Counted from the stretch's first letter, positions 9,419 through 20,809 are shown. The stretch is 32,000 nucleotides of DNA from Vibrio vulnificus CMCP6 (GCF_000039765.1 NC_004459.3:660001-692000); one strand, 5' to 3'. Numbers and translations: made by a program. The notes: generated by a model from the sequence alone, not told the origin.

Positions 9419-11224
9419 TTATTTTTCTTTCTTTTCTGAATACATTTCTTCGATTTCGTCTTGATACTTGTCGTTGATCACCTTACGGCGCAATTTCTGC
9501 GTTGGCGTCAACTCACCTTCATCCATAGAAAACGCTTTTGGTAGCAACTTGAACTTCTTCACTTGTTCAAATTTCGCCAGCTCTTTCTGCAGATCGTTAA
9601 CGCGCTTCTCCAGCATTTCAACAACTTGGTGATGCTTAATCAGTTCAACGCGATCGTGATACTTAATATTGAGCTCTTTGGCGTACTCTTCCAAAGAGTC
9701 AAAACAAGGCACTATCAACGCTGAAACGAATTTGCGTGTATCAGCAATCACCGCGATTTGCTCAATAAAATGATCTTTACCAATCGCACCTTCAATCATC
9801 TGCGGGGCAATGTATTTTCCTCCAGACGTTTTCATCAGCTCTTTGATACGATCGGTAATGAACAGGTTGCCGTGCTCATCAATGTGACCCGCGTCGCCCG
9901 TTTTAAGGAAACCGTGTTCATCAAACGTTTTCTCCGTTTCTTCTGGGAGCTTGTAGTAACCACGCATCACCATCGGACCACGAACCAAAATTTCGTTGTT
10001 TTCGCCAATCTTTACTTGTGCGCCCGGCATCGACATGCCGATAGAATCAGGGTTAAAGCACTTGTCATCCCAGCATGAAATCGTTGCTGTGGTTTCGGTC
10101 ATGCCGTAGCCCAGCTTCACGTTGATACCAATCGCATGGAAGAAACGACCAATGGTTTCATCCAGTTTTGCACCACCACATGGCATAAAGTTGATGTTGC
10201 CACCCAGCAGGGCACGCAGTTTTGACAACACCAGCTTATCCGCCAACGCATGGGCTTTTTTCAGCATCAATGAAGGCTGGCGACCTTCTTGGTGACACAC
10301 GGACATCTTCGCGCCCATGTTCACCGCCCAGGTAAACATGATTTTGCGCATCAGCGGCGCACGAGAGACTTTCTCATGGATGGCAGAGAAGATCTTCTCG
10401 TAAAAGCGCGGCACGGCGCACATCACTGTTGGCTTGATATCACTCAGAGCGTCACGAACTTGCATGGTATCTTGCAAATAACAGTTCGTACCGCCTTTAT
10501 AAAGAACGTAAAAGGTCCAAGCGCGCTCAAAAACGTGTGATAACGGCAAGAAACAAAGCGAAACGTCGTTTTCTGTCAGGCTTAAGCGTCGATCATGTCC
10601 CTCTAATTGAGCGGCAATGTTGGCATAATCTAACATCACCCCTTTCGGCTGCCCCGTGGTGCCAGAGGTATAGATTAGCGTCAGCAAATCCTCAAAATTT
10701 GCCTGTTCTAAACGTCGTTCGAGCTCAGCACGGGCCTCTTGTTGACCTTGTTGAATGAAGGCTTTCCAATGGATCGCAAAGTGATGTTCGCCTAAATCAA
10801 TATCGTCTGACATGGCGACAATCAGGTTCAGTTGCTCACACTCATCGAAGATTTTCACTGCGGCGTCAAATTGTGGCTGTTCACCCACAAACAGAACTTT
10901 AACGTCGGCATTTTGCAGAATATAAGCCGCTTGAGCTGCCGTATTGGTTGGATAAATCGGGACCGTGACAGCACGTAATTGTAGGGCCGCAAAATCGGCC
11001 ACCGTCCACTGCGGCATGTTATTAGAAAAGATAGCGATCTTATCTTGGACTTCAATGCCCTGCGCAAGCAACGCTAGGGATAATTCATCAATTTGCTGAC
11101 CAAATTGCTTCCAGCTAATACCTTGCCAAACTGCACCAACTTTATGCTTGAGCGCAACTCGCTCCGCACCTTGTGCAATCTGCTTACGAATTCGTTTTAC
11201 GATGTGAAAATCTAAATTGGCCAT
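9419..11224 (-). CDS. Long-chain acyl-CoA synthetase (AMP-forming, ACSL/FAA1-like, not classical FadD)
   Basis: The track frame was trimmed to ATG 11224 ([14 protein letters not shown]), which has AAGGTAAGAG upstream, giving 601 aa. It carries the AMP-binding signature [22 protein letters not shown], and the TGD...[25 protein letters not shown]-terminal motifs. Confidence 0.9.
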   Translation of the reverse strand: MANLDFHIVKRIRKQIAQGAERVALKHKVGAVWQGISWKQFGQQIDELSLALLAQGIEVQDKIAIFSNNMPQWTVADFAALQLRAVTVPIYPTNTAAQAAYILQNADVKVLFVGEQPQFDAAVKIFDECEQLNLIVAMSDDIDLGEHHFAIHWKAFIQQGQQEARAELERRLEQANFEDLLTLIYTSGTTGQPKGVMLDYANIAAQLEGHDRRLSLTENDVSLCFLPLSHVFERAWTFYVLYKGGTNCYLQDTMQVRDALSDIKPTVMCAVPRFYEKIFSAIHEKVSRAPLMRKIMFTWAVNMGAKMSVCHQEGRQPSLMLKKAHALADKLVLSKLRALLGGNINFMPCGGAKLDETIGRFFHAIGINVKLGYGMTETTATISCWDDKCFNPDSIGMSMPGAQVKIGENNEILVRGPMVMRGYYKLPEETEKTFDEHGFLKTGDAGHIDEHGNLFITDRIKELMKTSGGKYIAPQMIEGAIGKDHFIEQIAVIADTRKFVSALIVPCFDSLEEYAKELNIKYHDRVELIKHHQVVEMLEKRVNDLQKELAKFEQVKKFKLLPKAFSMDEGELTPTQKLRRKVINDKYQDEIEEMYSEKKEK

Positions 11225-11349
11225 GTCTCTTACCTTTGGCTTACACATGTAAGCTCTATTTGCGGGCACAGTGTAGCGGTGGGAACAAAAAACGCAACTG
11301 ATGAGGGTCAAACTTATGCTCAATTAGAGAGAATCATCAATAACAAGAT

Positions 11350-11387
11350 AAAAAAATGCCCTCATGGCCAAGGCTCAATGAGGGCAT
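11350..11387 (-). terminator. Rho-independent terminator of leuO
   Basis: atgccctcat (11356-11365) pairs with atgagggcat (11378-11387), a 10-bp stem. The minus strand reads the stem followed by U7 (A-run 11350-11356 on plus). Confidence 0.8.
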
Positions 11388-11411
11388 CCAATTTGTAACA
11401 GGCCGTGTCGG

Positions 11412-12371
11412 TTATACCGCAGCAACCACTTCGCCACATGTCACCATCAGCAGATCACGCAGCCAAATGTGGCCTTTGTCTTTTTCTGATGATTCGTGCC
11501 AGCTTAAGAAACCGCTGATTTCACGATTTTCAAATGGGAAGTCAAGAATCTGTAGCTGCGCGTTGTTTGCCGCATTTTCCACAATCCAGCGAGGAGCGAT
11601 CGTCACAAGCTCAGATTGACCAACCACATACAGAACGTTGCTCAAGCTTGTGCCTTCGAAATACGCTGCCACATCCAGATCGCGATACGCTTGCTCAGAG
11701 AAGCTGCGTTGGCCGTGAATGCGAGACAGTTTCGCGTGACGCTCTTGCATCAACTGCGCTTCTGTCACTTTACCTTGAATACGAGGATGCTGCTTAGACG
11801 TCACAACCACGAGTTCATCTTTGAAGATCTCTGTGCTTGAGAAGCCTTGCTCGTCAAAACGTGCGTAATCAATCACAAAGTCGATTTCTTGATAGCGCAT
11901 ACGCTCAGAGAGCATGCGATCAAACTCTGCATCCAAATGCAATTGTACATTAGGCGCTTTGTTATGAATGTCTGCCATAATGCGTGGTGCAAAACGCATA
12001 TCACATGGGCTGCAAATCGCCAGTTTGAACAGACGAGTTGAAGACTCAGGCTGGAATACAGAACTTGGTAATTCATTGCGGATCAATTGCAGCGCTTGGC
12101 GGACTGGACCAAATAATTGACGAGCACGCTGGGTCGGTTGAATACCACGCCCTTGACGCATGAAAAGCTCATCATTAAACATCACTTTTAAGCGAGCAAC
12201 CGCGTTGCTCACTGCAGGCTGTGACATGCCTAAATTATGTGCTGCGCGAGTAATATTTTGCTCTTGCATAACGGCATCAAATACCGTCAGTAGGTTGAGA
12301 TCCACTCCGCGTAAAGTACTTTCCATTCGATAGCTGGCAATCGCGCTCATCGCATCTTTTTTATCTAACAT
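11412..12371 (-). CDS. leuO: LysR-family global regulator LeuO
   Basis: 319 aa. VDLNLLTVFDAVMQEQNITRAAHNLGMSQPAVSNAVARLKVMFNDELF is near-identical to the E. coli LeuO HTH region as I recall it. Its position between the leu and ilvIH loci matches enterobacterial synteny. Confidence 0.92.
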   Translation of the reverse strand: MLDKKDAMSAIASYRMESTLRGVDLNLLTVFDAVMQEQNITRAAHNLGMSQPAVSNAVARLKVMFNDELFMRQGRGIQPTQRARQLFGPVRQALQLIRNELPSSVFQPESSTRLFKLAICSPCDMRFAPRIMADIHNKAPNVQLHLDAEFDRMLSERMRYQEIDFVIDYARFDEQGFSSTEIFKDELVVVTSKQHPRIQGKVTEAQLMQERHAKLSRIHGQRSFSEQAYRDLDVAAYFEGTSLSNVLYVVGQSELVTIAPRWIVENAANNAQLQILDFPFENREISGFLSWHESSEKDKGHIWLRDLLMVTCGEVVAAV

Positions 12372-12634
12372 CTAGTGCGCCTCTCGTGTAACGGTCAACA
12401 AATTTGAATTTGATAGTCAGGAATAGATAACCTGTATTTCTTATATTTATCGCCCTCATCACTCTCAGGGCGCAGCTCACTATCATTGAATTCATTGATG
12501 TTTAGCAACTAGATTGATAATTAATCACAATATTTTAGCCAATTATCATTTTTGTTGATTAAAAACATATATTTAAGTAAAACCTAAAAAACTATAAAAA
12601 ACAGAAATACCCTCATAAGTAGCAATTATTGAGC

Positions 12635-12655
12635 TAAGTGATGTCTCATCACTTA
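12635..12655 (-). other. 9-bp stem-loop downstream of the glycosyltransferase gene (possible 3' end of the operon)
   Basis: taagtgatg(tct)catcactta. It lies about 70 nt after the GT stop. No U-run follows on the minus strand. Confidence 0.3.
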
Positions 12656-12723
12656 ACCCCCTTAAAGCATTTGCTGCAACTATTGTTTGACCACAAAACC
12701 CAACAATCTCGTCAATATTAGCG

Positions 12724-13770
12724 CTATGAAATTGACACGTAACTGGGAAAGTCGACTTGTTGCCATAGTTGCTCACACAGCGATTGATGACATGACCAGT
12801 CTCCTTTGAGTATCCATTCGACGATCGCTGGCGCTACTTGAGGATAAGTGACTTTTTCCGCCAACGCGTCTTGCAACCAACGCCGCACAACCTGACTGTC
12901 CAAGGTGTCCATCACCGTCGCTAAGCCAAGAGTTTCTAAGGTCGCCACGTTGCTTTGTTGCTCAAATTGCCCTTCAAGTGGTTTCACTAATAATTTTTTA
13001 CCTAAGGTCAACGCTTCTGAAGGAAGCTCAAAACCACCATTCGCGATCACCCCTTTACAACGATGTAAATCTAATTGAAATGAATGATGATCGAGCGCAC
13101 GGAGTGAAATATTGCCTTCCATTTCTTCCGCGAGTACATCTGGGTGATAACAGATGAATGACTGCGATTTAAAACGCCACAACAACTCGCAAATGGATTC
13201 CAACTGTTCAAAGGGTAAATAAACCAGAATCGCATCGATTTGCTCGGTTTGGTAACAAAGCGTGTGAACAATCGGCGGTAAGATCGGTTGATCAAAATGG
13301 TACCAATGCAAACCTAAATGAATGTTAGCAGGAGCAAAATGACGCAGTACTTGCTTATCGAGCCATGATGCCCCCCGCAATGGCACAGAATAACGAAACG
13401 CATTTTGATGACTAAGCCCAATGCAGGGCTTGTTTTGTCGTTTAGCAGCCCACGCCGAAACGGGCTCGAAGTCACTGATCACCAAATCATACTGACTAAG
13501 ATCTTGCTGCTGCACTTCTTGCTTCAGAGTCAATAAACTGTTTTCGAGCGCAGTTTGCCAATAATCCACACGGCCATTTTTCGTCGCAAAGGTGAGCCCT
13601 CGACACGTTTTGTACTGGCCAAAGGCTTCCATGGAGAAATAGCGCTTCGGGTCTCGACCAGAAAAAAGAAAATCCACTTGGCAATGCTGCGCCGCAAAAG
13701 CGTTTGCCATTGCCCGAGCACGGGCGATATGACCATTCCCCGTGCCTTGTACGCCATACAGAATTTTCAT
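12724..13770 (-). CDS. GT-B fold glycosyltransferase, MurG/GT28-like uncharacterised family (MJ1255-type)
   Basis: 348 aa. It has the N-terminal glycine loop MKILYGVQGTGNGHIARARAMA and a C-terminal GVIANGGFELPSEALTLGKKLLVKPLEGQFEQQSN nucleotide-sugar binding pattern. No TM segment was seen. Its SD GGAG lies inside the last codons of the upstream PAP2 gene, with a 4-nt gap. Confidence 0.8.
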   Translation of the reverse strand: MKILYGVQGTGNGHIARARAMANAFAAQHCQVDFLFSGRDPKRYFSMEAFGQYKTCRGLTFATKNGRVDYWQTALENSLLTLKQEVQQQDLSQYDLVISDFEPVSAWAAKRQNKPCIGLSHQNAFRYSVPLRGASWLDKQVLRHFAPANIHLGLHWYHFDQPILPPIVHTLCYQTEQIDAILVYLPFEQLESICELLWRFKSQSFICYHPDVLAEEMEGNISLRALDHHSFQLDLHRCKGVIANGGFELPSEALTLGKKLLVKPLEGQFEQQSNVATLETLGLATVMDTLDSQVVRRWLQDALAEKVTYPQVAPAIVEWILKGDWSCHQSLCEQLWQQVDFPSYVSIS

Positions 13771-13774
13771 AGGC

Positions 13775-14332
13775 TCACTCCATCACAAGAATCAAGGCCA
13801 AAGTGGCACAGGCATGACCGAGCAGAGCACCAATCACAATGTCACTAAAAAAATGCACGCCCAGTAAAATGCGTGACAACCCGATCAGGGTCGCCCAGCT
13901 AAACGCAAACCATGTCAACTCTGGGAAGAAGTAACTTGTGATGGTGGCCATGACAAACCCTGCGGCGGTGTGACCAGAGGGCAAACTGTAGCGATCTGAA
14001 GGGGTGATAAAAGCGGGCAAATAGGCACTGTACTCTTCTGGGCGACGGCGCTTGAAACTGTTTTTGAGCCCCCAATAAATGGGCAACTCGATGACAAAGG
14101 CCAGCAAACCACAGAGCAAAAACCACGTTCCTAGTGAAGGAATAGCCAGCCATGCGGCCAGTCCAATCAAGGCGTAAAGGTGCCCATCGCCACTGTGGGA
14201 AATCGCTTTGCTGATGGTTGCCACTTGGTAATTGAATCTATGTTTTAAGCAAAAGCTAGAAAGCGCAAAGTCAAAGTCTGCAATACGTTGTATCGGCAGA
14301 CGCAGCGTGTTGATCGATTTCATTGTTGCCAT
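13775..14332 (-). CDS. PAP2-superfamily integral membrane lipid phosphatase
   Basis: 185 aa with several hydrophobic helices. All three PAP2 motifs were read directly: KNSFKRRRP (KX6RP), PSGH, and SRILLGVHFFSD (SRX5HX3D). ATG 14323 (MKSINT) is an alternative start with better SD spacing. Confidence 0.87.
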   Translation of the reverse strand: MATMKSINTLRLPIQRIADFDFALSSFCLKHRFNYQVATISKAISHSGDGHLYALIGLAAWLAIPSLGTWFLLCGLLAFVIELPIYWGLKNSFKRRRPEEYSAYLPAFITPSDRYSLPSGHTAAGFVMATITSYFFPELTWFAFSWATLIGLSRILLGVHFFSDIVIGALLGHACATLALILVME

Positions 14333-14485
14333 CCTGAATGTCGTTCTCCTGCTACTAAGCTAGGAAACCAGAGTGACAATCCCATGAAAGGAATTTGGCG
14401 ATTTAGTGACAACGCCCAGAATCCTTGATAAGGCTTGGGCGATCAAGAAGATAGCGAGAGGGACAAAGGAAGAGGAGAAGAACGA

Positions 14486-14510
14486 AGAGAGCACGAACAG
14501 AGTGCTCTCT
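14486..14510 (-). terminator. Stem-loop after the SH3 lipoprotein gene (weak terminator or attenuator)
   Basis: agagagcac (14486-14494) pairs with gtgctctct (14502-14510). On the minus strand it is followed by a U/C-rich tract (ucguucuucuccucuuccuuug). Confidence 0.4.
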
Positions 14511-14548
14511 TTGCGATCAATAAAGAGAAGAAATCGCCATCGCGAAAA

Positions 14549-15316
14549 TTAACTGGGATCGATTGACTGTATATACCAAATGTTTTTGTCTTTTCGACAT
14601 GCCATCAAATTGCCTGAGCGAGCCTGATTGGCACCATTGAGCTGATACTGTAAATCACGACATTGATAACTGCCTGTCCACAATATTTTTTGGCTTGCTG
14701 ATCGGGTTTTCGGCGTTAATGCTGCATTGGGCTTCACCGATAAAATGTCACGCGGTTCGATACGGCTTTGCACATAACCTTGATGTACATAGCCTTCAAT
14801 CATTCCCTGTCTCTCGACTAACAACCAAGGTGCGCCGGGGACTTTTGCCAACGCGATGAAGACATCTCCCGTTTGCAGCTGCCCTACTTTATTTGATTTC
14901 GCAGATGGAGCTGAGCGTAGGTTAACCACCGTGGTGGCACTGAATGGCAAATCCAGTAGAGACAGTTCCCCTTTTAATGTTACTCCGGGGTAAACGTCAG
15001 TCCCGACAAGAAACGTTTTGGTTTTAGGATCAGAAGAAGCAATACGCCATTGTGACGCCTTCAACCCTTCTTTCTCCTCCCCACCAGCCATTTCAGAACT
15101 CTCGCTTTCCAACAAAGTCGCCATTGCGGTTAGGAAGGTTTTCTGTTCCTGAGAGCTCAACGTCAACTCAAGCTGCTGTTGTAATACTTCTGCATTTTTA
15201 GATAATTGTGCCGAAGAGACACTGCTTACTTTTCTTTCGGTACTGGTTGATTGACAGCCAAGTAACGTCCAGCAGCTCAATGTTAACACTGCATACCAAG
15301 CCGATTTATTAGACAT
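14549..15316 (-). CDS. SH3b-domain lipoprotein, function unknown
   Basis: The track frame was trimmed to ATG 15316, which has GGGAGAAG upstream. The signal peptide plus lipobox reads MSNKSAWYAVLTLSCWTLLGC. An SH3_3-like segment follows: VNLRSAPSAKSNKVGQLQTGDVFIALAKVPGAPWLLVERQGMIEGYVHQGYV. Confidence 0.75.
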   Translation of the reverse strand: MSNKSAWYAVLTLSCWTLLGCQSTSTERKVSSVSSAQLSKNAEVLQQQLELTLSSQEQKTFLTAMATLLESESSEMAGGEEKEGLKASQWRIASSDPKTKTFLVGTDVYPGVTLKGELSLLDLPFSATTVVNLRSAPSAKSNKVGQLQTGDVFIALAKVPGAPWLLVERQGMIEGYVHQGYVQSRIEPRDILSVKPNAALTPKTRSASQKILWTGSYQCRDLQYQLNGANQARSGNLMACRKDKNIWYIQSIDPS

Positions 15317-15570
15317 TATCTTCTCCCTTCTCTTCATCACTTAAACTCTTGTTCCATCGAGCGCTAAGCGCCAGCCAACCCGGAATAATCGGTACACCTT
15401 CATTTTCTTAGTGCCCAATAGTGCTAGGCGAACACCGTTTCGGGCAAGTATTAGAAAAGTATGAAAGCAAACGCTTTAGCAGTGATGTCACATTACGTAG
15501 CGACAACTCGTTAACTCTCTCACTTAATCTTTGCTATCCAATAATCGCCGAGAGCAGAAATGCCACAGAC

Positions 15571-15606
15571 AACGACGTCACTAGAGGGCTCTGACGTTGT
15601 TTTTTC
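15571..15606 (+). terminator. Orphan Rho-independent-terminator-like hairpin upstream of the leu promoter
   Basis: aacgacgtca (15571-15580) pairs with tgacgttgtt (15592-15601), 10 bp with one G-U and an 11-nt loop. It runs into T6 (15600-15605). There is no plus-strand gene upstream for more than 10 kb. Confidence 0.45.
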
Positions 15607-15666
15607 CAACAAATCGTATTTTTATCGCTCAACTGATCGGATATGAATAAAAAATCAACTTTAGGG

Positions 15667-15695
15667 TTGACGCGCCACACTGAGTGCGGTACTAA
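15667..15695 (+). promoter_or_regulatory. Candidate sigma70 promoter of the leu operon
   Basis: TTGACG (15667-15672), a 17-bp spacer, then TACTAA (15690-15695). It lies about 35 nt upstream of the leader peptide ATG. Confidence 0.5.
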
Positions 15696-15729
15696 TCTGT
15701 TAACTTAATTTTGTGGAATGCTTAACAAG

Positions 15730-15792
15730 ATGACAGCACATTTTTCTTTCCTACTGAACCTCCTCCTCATCGTGACAAGATCGCGCGGGTAG
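15730..15792 (+). CDS. leuL: leu operon leader peptide
   Basis: 20 codons, [20 protein letters not shown]. Five Leu codons (CTA CTG ... CTC CTC CTC) fall within seven positions. It lies directly upstream of the attenuator hairpin and leuA. Confidence 0.75.
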   Translation: MTAHFSFLLNLLLIVTRSRG

Positions 15793-15829
15793 GCTGTGGA
15801 AGAAAAATAAACCACACAGAATAACAACT

Positions 15830-15857
15830 AGCCCGCACATCGATGCGGGCTTTTTTA
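15830..15857 (+). terminator. leu attenuator (leader terminator)
   Basis: agcccgca(catcga)tgcgggct followed by T6, 60 nt before the leuA ATG. The leader 3' segment gcgcgggt (15784-15791) can pair with the left arm gcccgc as an alternative structure. Confidence 0.85.
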
Positions 15858-15916
15858 TATCCAAACACAACATTGACCAGAAGAAATCGATTAACTATCG
15901 AGAAAAGGAAGCGAAC

Positions 15917-17464
15917 ATGAACGATCAGGTAATTATATTCGACACCACGTTACGTGATGGCGAACAAGCGTTATCAGCGAGCCTAACGGTAAAAGAGAAG
16001 TTGCAGATTGCTTATGCGCTTGAACGACTTGGCGTTGATGTGATCGAAGCAGGCTTCCCGGTTTCTTCTCCTGGTGATTTTGAGTCCGTACAAACCATCG
16101 CTCGTAATATTAAAAACAGCCGCGTATGTGCCCTTTCTCGCGCCGTAGAAAAAGACATTGATGCCGCCGCTGAAGCCTTGAAAGTGGCAGAAGCATTTCG
16201 TATCCACACTTTTATTTCCACCTCGACCATTCACGTGCAAGACAAATTACGTCGTAGCTACGATGATGTCGTTGAAATGGGCGTTAGAGCAGTAAAACAT
16301 GCTCGCAAATACACGGACGATGTGGAATTTTCTTGCGAAGATGCCGGACGTACGCCTATCGACAATCTTTGCCGCATGGTAGAAGCCGCGATAAATGCGG
16401 GCGCGCGTACCATCAATATCCCAGACACCGTGGGCTACACCGTACCAAGCGAATTTGGCGGCATTATCCAAACCCTATTTAACCGCGTACCGAACATCGA
16501 CAAAGCGATCATTTCAGTTCACTGTCACGATGATTTAGGCATGTCTGTCGCCAACTCCATTGCTGCTGTTCAAGCTGGAGCTCGTCAGGTCGAAGGGACA
16601 ATCAATGGCATTGGTGAACGAGCGGGTAACTGCTCTCTAGAAGAGATCGCCATGATCATCAAAACTCGTCAAGAGTTACTAGGGGTTCGAACAGGCATCA
16701 ACCACGAAGAAATCCATCGTACCAGTAAGTTGGTCAGCCAACTTTGCAACATGCCAATCCAAGCCAATAAAGCCATTGTCGGTGCCAATGCCTTTAGCCA
16801 CTCTTCCGGTATCCACCAAGATGGCATGCTAAAGAATAAGAACACTTACGAAATCATGACGCCTGAGTCGATTGGCCTGAAGAACCAAGCGCTGAACCTA
16901 ACCAGTCGCAGTGGCCGTGCTGCGGTGAAGAGCCACATGGATGCCATGGGCTATAAGGAAGATGAGTACAACTTAGATGCGCTATACCAAGATTTCCTAA
17001 AACTAGCGGATCGCAAAGGACAAGTCTTCGACTATGACCTAGAAGCACTGATGCACTTCTCTAACCTGCGCGAAGAAGATGATTATTACAAGCTGAACTA
17101 CCTAAGCGTGCAATCAGGCAGCGTGATGGCGACCACCAGCATTAAACTGTTGTGTGGCGATGAAGAGAAATGCGAAGCAGCCGTTGGTAATGGTCCTGTC
17201 GATGCGTTATACCAATGTATCTACCGTCTGACGGGCTACGACATCGTATTGGACAAGTTCGATCTCACTGCCAAAGGGGAAGGTGAAGACGGCTTAGGCC
17301 AAGCAGACATTATCGCCAATTACAAAGGCCGTAAGTACCACGGTACGGGTATCTCAACGGATATCGTTGAAGCATCAGGTCAGGCATTGCTGCACGTTAT
17401 CAACAGCATTCATCGTGCCGACGAAATTGCCGAAATGAAACAGAAAAAGATCGCAACCGTATAA
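15917..17464 (+). CDS. leuA: 2-isopropylmalate synthase
   Basis: 515 aa, [18 protein letters not shown]...[22 protein letters not shown]. Confidence 0.97.
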   Translation: MNDQVIIFDTTLRDGEQALSASLTVKEKLQIAYALERLGVDVIEAGFPVSSPGDFESVQTIARNIKNSRVCALSRAVEKDIDAAAEALKVAEAFRIHTFISTSTIHVQDKLRRSYDDVVEMGVRAVKHARKYTDDVEFSCEDAGRTPIDNLCRMVEAAINAGARTINIPDTVGYTVPSEFGGIIQTLFNRVPNIDKAIISVHCHDDLGMSVANSIAAVQAGARQVEGTINGIGERAGNCSLEEIAMIIKTRQELLGVRTGINHEEIHRTSKLVSQLCNMPIQANKAIVGANAFSHSSGIHQDGMLKNKNTYEIMTPESIGLKNQALNLTSRSGRAAVKSHMDAMGYKEDEYNLDALYQDFLKLADRKGQVFDYDLEALMHFSNLREEDDYYKLNYLSVQSGSVMATTSIKLLCGDEEKCEAAVGNGPVDALYQCIYRLTGYDIVLDKFDLTAKGEGEDGLGQADIIANYKGRKYHGTGISTDIVEASGQALLHVINSIHRADEIAEMKQKKIATV

Positions 17465-17541
17465 CTGTATTCCGAGCACTTCATTGTGCTTGGAACGCCC
17501 ATAATTCACTGCAACACAGCACAATAAAATTCAATAATTAA

Positions 17542-18642
<1,101 letters not shown>

Positions 18643-18661
18643 AAACACGGAAGTTCGAGCA

Positions 18662-20062
18662 ATGGGCAAAACACTATACGAAAAAGTTTATGAAGCACAC
18701 GTCGCGGTTGCCGCAGAAGGTGAGACGCCGATCCTATATATCGACCGTCATTTAGTGCATGAAGTGACTTCTCCACAAGCGTTTGATGGCTTACGTGAAA
18801 AGGGGCGCCAAGTGCGTCAAGTGAGCAAAACGTTCGCGACCATGGATCATAACGTATCCACCACCACCAAAGACATAAATGCGTCTGGTGAAATGGCCCG
18901 TATTCAGATGGAAACCCTGATCAAAAACTGTCAGGAATTCGGCGTCACCTTGTACGACATCAACCATAAATATCAAGGCATTGTGCATGTTATGGGGCCA
19001 GAATTGGGCATCACTTTACCAGGCATGACCATTGTCTGTGGTGATTCTCACACCGCAACACACGGTGCGTTTGGTTCGCTGGCATTTGGTATTGGTACTT
19101 CTGAAGTCGAGCACGTGCTGGCAACACAAACCCTTAAGCAAGCGCGCGCCAAAACCATGAAAATCGAAGTTCAAGGCAAAGTCGCTGACGGTATCACCGC
19201 CAAGGACATCGTCCTTGCCATCATTGGCAAAACCACCGCAGCGGGTGGAACGGGCTATGTGGTGGAGTTCTGTGGTGAAGCAATTACAGACCTTTCCATG
19301 GAAGGCCGCATGACCGTGTGCAATATGGCAATTGAGTTGGGTGCCAAAGCAGGCTTGATCGCACCAGACCAGACCACCTTCGACTACATCAAAGGTCGTA
19401 AATTCGCGCCAACTGGCGCAGATTGGGATGCGGCGGTTGAATACTGGAAAACACTCAAAACCGATGAAGACGCTAAATTTGATGCCGTGGTGACGCTAAA
19501 CGCTGCCGATATCAAACCTCAAGTGACTTGGGGCACGAACCCAGGCCAGGTGATTGCCGTGGATGAGCCCATTCCAGCACCAGAAAGCTTCAGCGATCCC
19601 GTTGAAAAAGCGTCCGCTGAAAAAGCACTGGCGTACATGGGACTGGAAGCAGGTAAATCGCTGTCCGAATACAAAGTCGACAAAGTCTTTGTCGGCTCTT
19701 GCACAAACTCACGTATCGAAGATATGCGCGCCGCCGCTGTCGTCGCCAAAGGGCGCAAAGTGGCATCACACGTTCAAGCGCTGATTGTTCCGGGGTCTGA
19801 GCAAGTCAAAGCGCAAGCCGAAGCCGAAGGTTTGGATGTCATTTTCAAAGAAGCGGGTTTTGAATGGCGCCTACCTGGTTGCTCTATGTGCCTGGCAATG
19901 AACAATGATCGTCTAGGGCCACATGAGCGCTGTGCGTCAACGTCAAACCGTAACTTTGAAGGCCGCCAAGGTCGTGATGGTCGTACGCATCTAGTCAGTC
20001 CAGCCATGGCTGCCGCGGCGGCAATTGCTGGTCATTTTGTTGATATTCGAGATTGGAAATAA
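18662..20062 (+). CDS. leuC: 3-isopropylmalate dehydratase large subunit
   Basis: 466 aa, [14 protein letters not shown]...[15 protein letters not shown]...[13 protein letters not shown]...[12 protein letters not shown]. Colinear with E. coli LeuC. Confidence 0.97.
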   Translation: MGKTLYEKVYEAHVAVAAEGETPILYIDRHLVHEVTSPQAFDGLREKGRQVRQVSKTFATMDHNVSTTTKDINASGEMARIQMETLIKNCQEFGVTLYDINHKYQGIVHVMGPELGITLPGMTIVCGDSHTATHGAFGSLAFGIGTSEVEHVLATQTLKQARAKTMKIEVQGKVADGITAKDIVLAIIGKTTAAGGTGYVVEFCGEAITDLSMEGRMTVCNMAIELGAKAGLIAPDQTTFDYIKGRKFAPTGADWDAAVEYWKTLKTDEDAKFDAVVTLNAADIKPQVTWGTNPGQVIAVDEPIPAPESFSDPVEKASAEKALAYMGLEAGKSLSEYKVDKVFVGSCTNSRIEDMRAAAVVAKGRKVASHVQALIVPGSEQVKAQAEAEGLDVIFKEAGFEWRLPGCSMCLAMNNDRLGPHERCASTSNRNFEGRQGRDGRTHLVSPAMAAAAAIAGHFVDIRDWK

Positions 20063-20073
20063 GGGGAACACAC

Positions 20074-20676
20074 ATGCAAGGTTTTAAACAACACACCGGT
20101 TTGGTGGTTCCTCTTGATGCGGCGAACGTGGATACCGATGCGATCATTCCCAAGCAGTTTCTACAAAAAGTCTCTCGCTTAGGTTTTGGCAAACACCTCT
20201 TCCATGATTGGCGTTTTCTTGATGATGCGGGCGAACAACCCAATCCAGAATTTGTCATGAACCACGCGCGTTACCAAGGTGCCTCTATCCTGCTGGCACG
20301 AGAGAACTTCGGTTGTGGCTCTTCACGTGAGCACGCCCCTTGGGCACTGGCTGACTATGGCATTCGTGCGATGATTGCACCGAGTTTTGCCGATATTTTC
20401 TACAGCAACTCGATCAATAACCAAATGGTGCCTGTTCGTTTAACCGAACAAGAAGTCGATGAACTGTTCCAATATGTGCAAGCGACGGAAGGGGCACAAA
20501 TCGAAGTGGATCTTGAAGCGTTGAAAGTGCGCGCAAATGACAAAGAATACTCATTTGGGATCGATGACTTTCGCCGTCACTGTTTGTTGAATGGTTTAGA
20601 CCACATTGGTTTGACCCTACAACATGAGGACAAGATCGCCGCTTTTGAAGCAGATATTCCCGCGTTTCTGCGCTAA
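20074..20676 (+). CDS. leuD: 3-isopropylmalate dehydratase small subunit
   Basis: The track frame was trimmed to ATG 20074 (AAGGGG SD, 11 nt after the leuC stop). 200 aa, [30 protein letters not shown]. Confidence 0.95.
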   Translation: MQGFKQHTGLVVPLDAANVDTDAIIPKQFLQKVSRLGFGKHLFHDWRFLDDAGEQPNPEFVMNHARYQGASILLARENFGCGSSREHAPWALADYGIRAMIAPSFADIFYSNSINNQMVPVRLTEQEVDELFQYVQATEGAQIEVDLEALKVRANDKEYSFGIDDFRRHCLLNGLDHIGLTLQHEDKIAAFEADIPAFLR

Positions 20677-20698
20677 TTTCTGCATTGAGTTAGATAAC

Positions 20699-20730
20699 AA
20701 TGGGAATAGCATGCTATTCCCATTTTGTTT
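20699..20730 (+). terminator. Rho-independent terminator of the leu operon
   Basis: aatgggaatagc/gctattcccatt palindrome (20699-20724) running into ttttgttt. Confidence 0.8.
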
Positions 20731-20809
20731 GCTGGCGATGAAATTGATCGTCGTTTGTCACGGTCCTATATCAAACTAAAACACTATGCTTTGTAGAGGA
20801 TATTCCCCG

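Noticed and set aside
12573-12776. 67-aa minus-strand ORF overlapping the 3' end of the glycosyltransferase gene and running into the leuO upstream region.
   Set aside because: It has a GTG start with no SD, overlaps GT out of frame, spans a stem-loop and AT-rich promoter DNA, and has no recognisable features.
14441-14500. Purine-rich (GA) tract with SD-like strings (aaggaagaggagaag) between the lipoprotein and PAP2 genes.
   Set aside because: No plus-strand start codon or ORF follows. On the transcribed minus strand it is simply the pyrimidine-rich tail after the 14486-14510 hairpin.
15560-15646. 28-codon ORF (MPQTTTSLEGSDVVFSNKSYFYRSTDRI) spanning the orphan hairpin; also a 17-codon ORF at 15461-15514 and a 34-codon ORF at 3449-3553.
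   Set aside because: They have no or poor SDs. They start inside terminator tails or run through hairpins, and nothing suggests coding selection.
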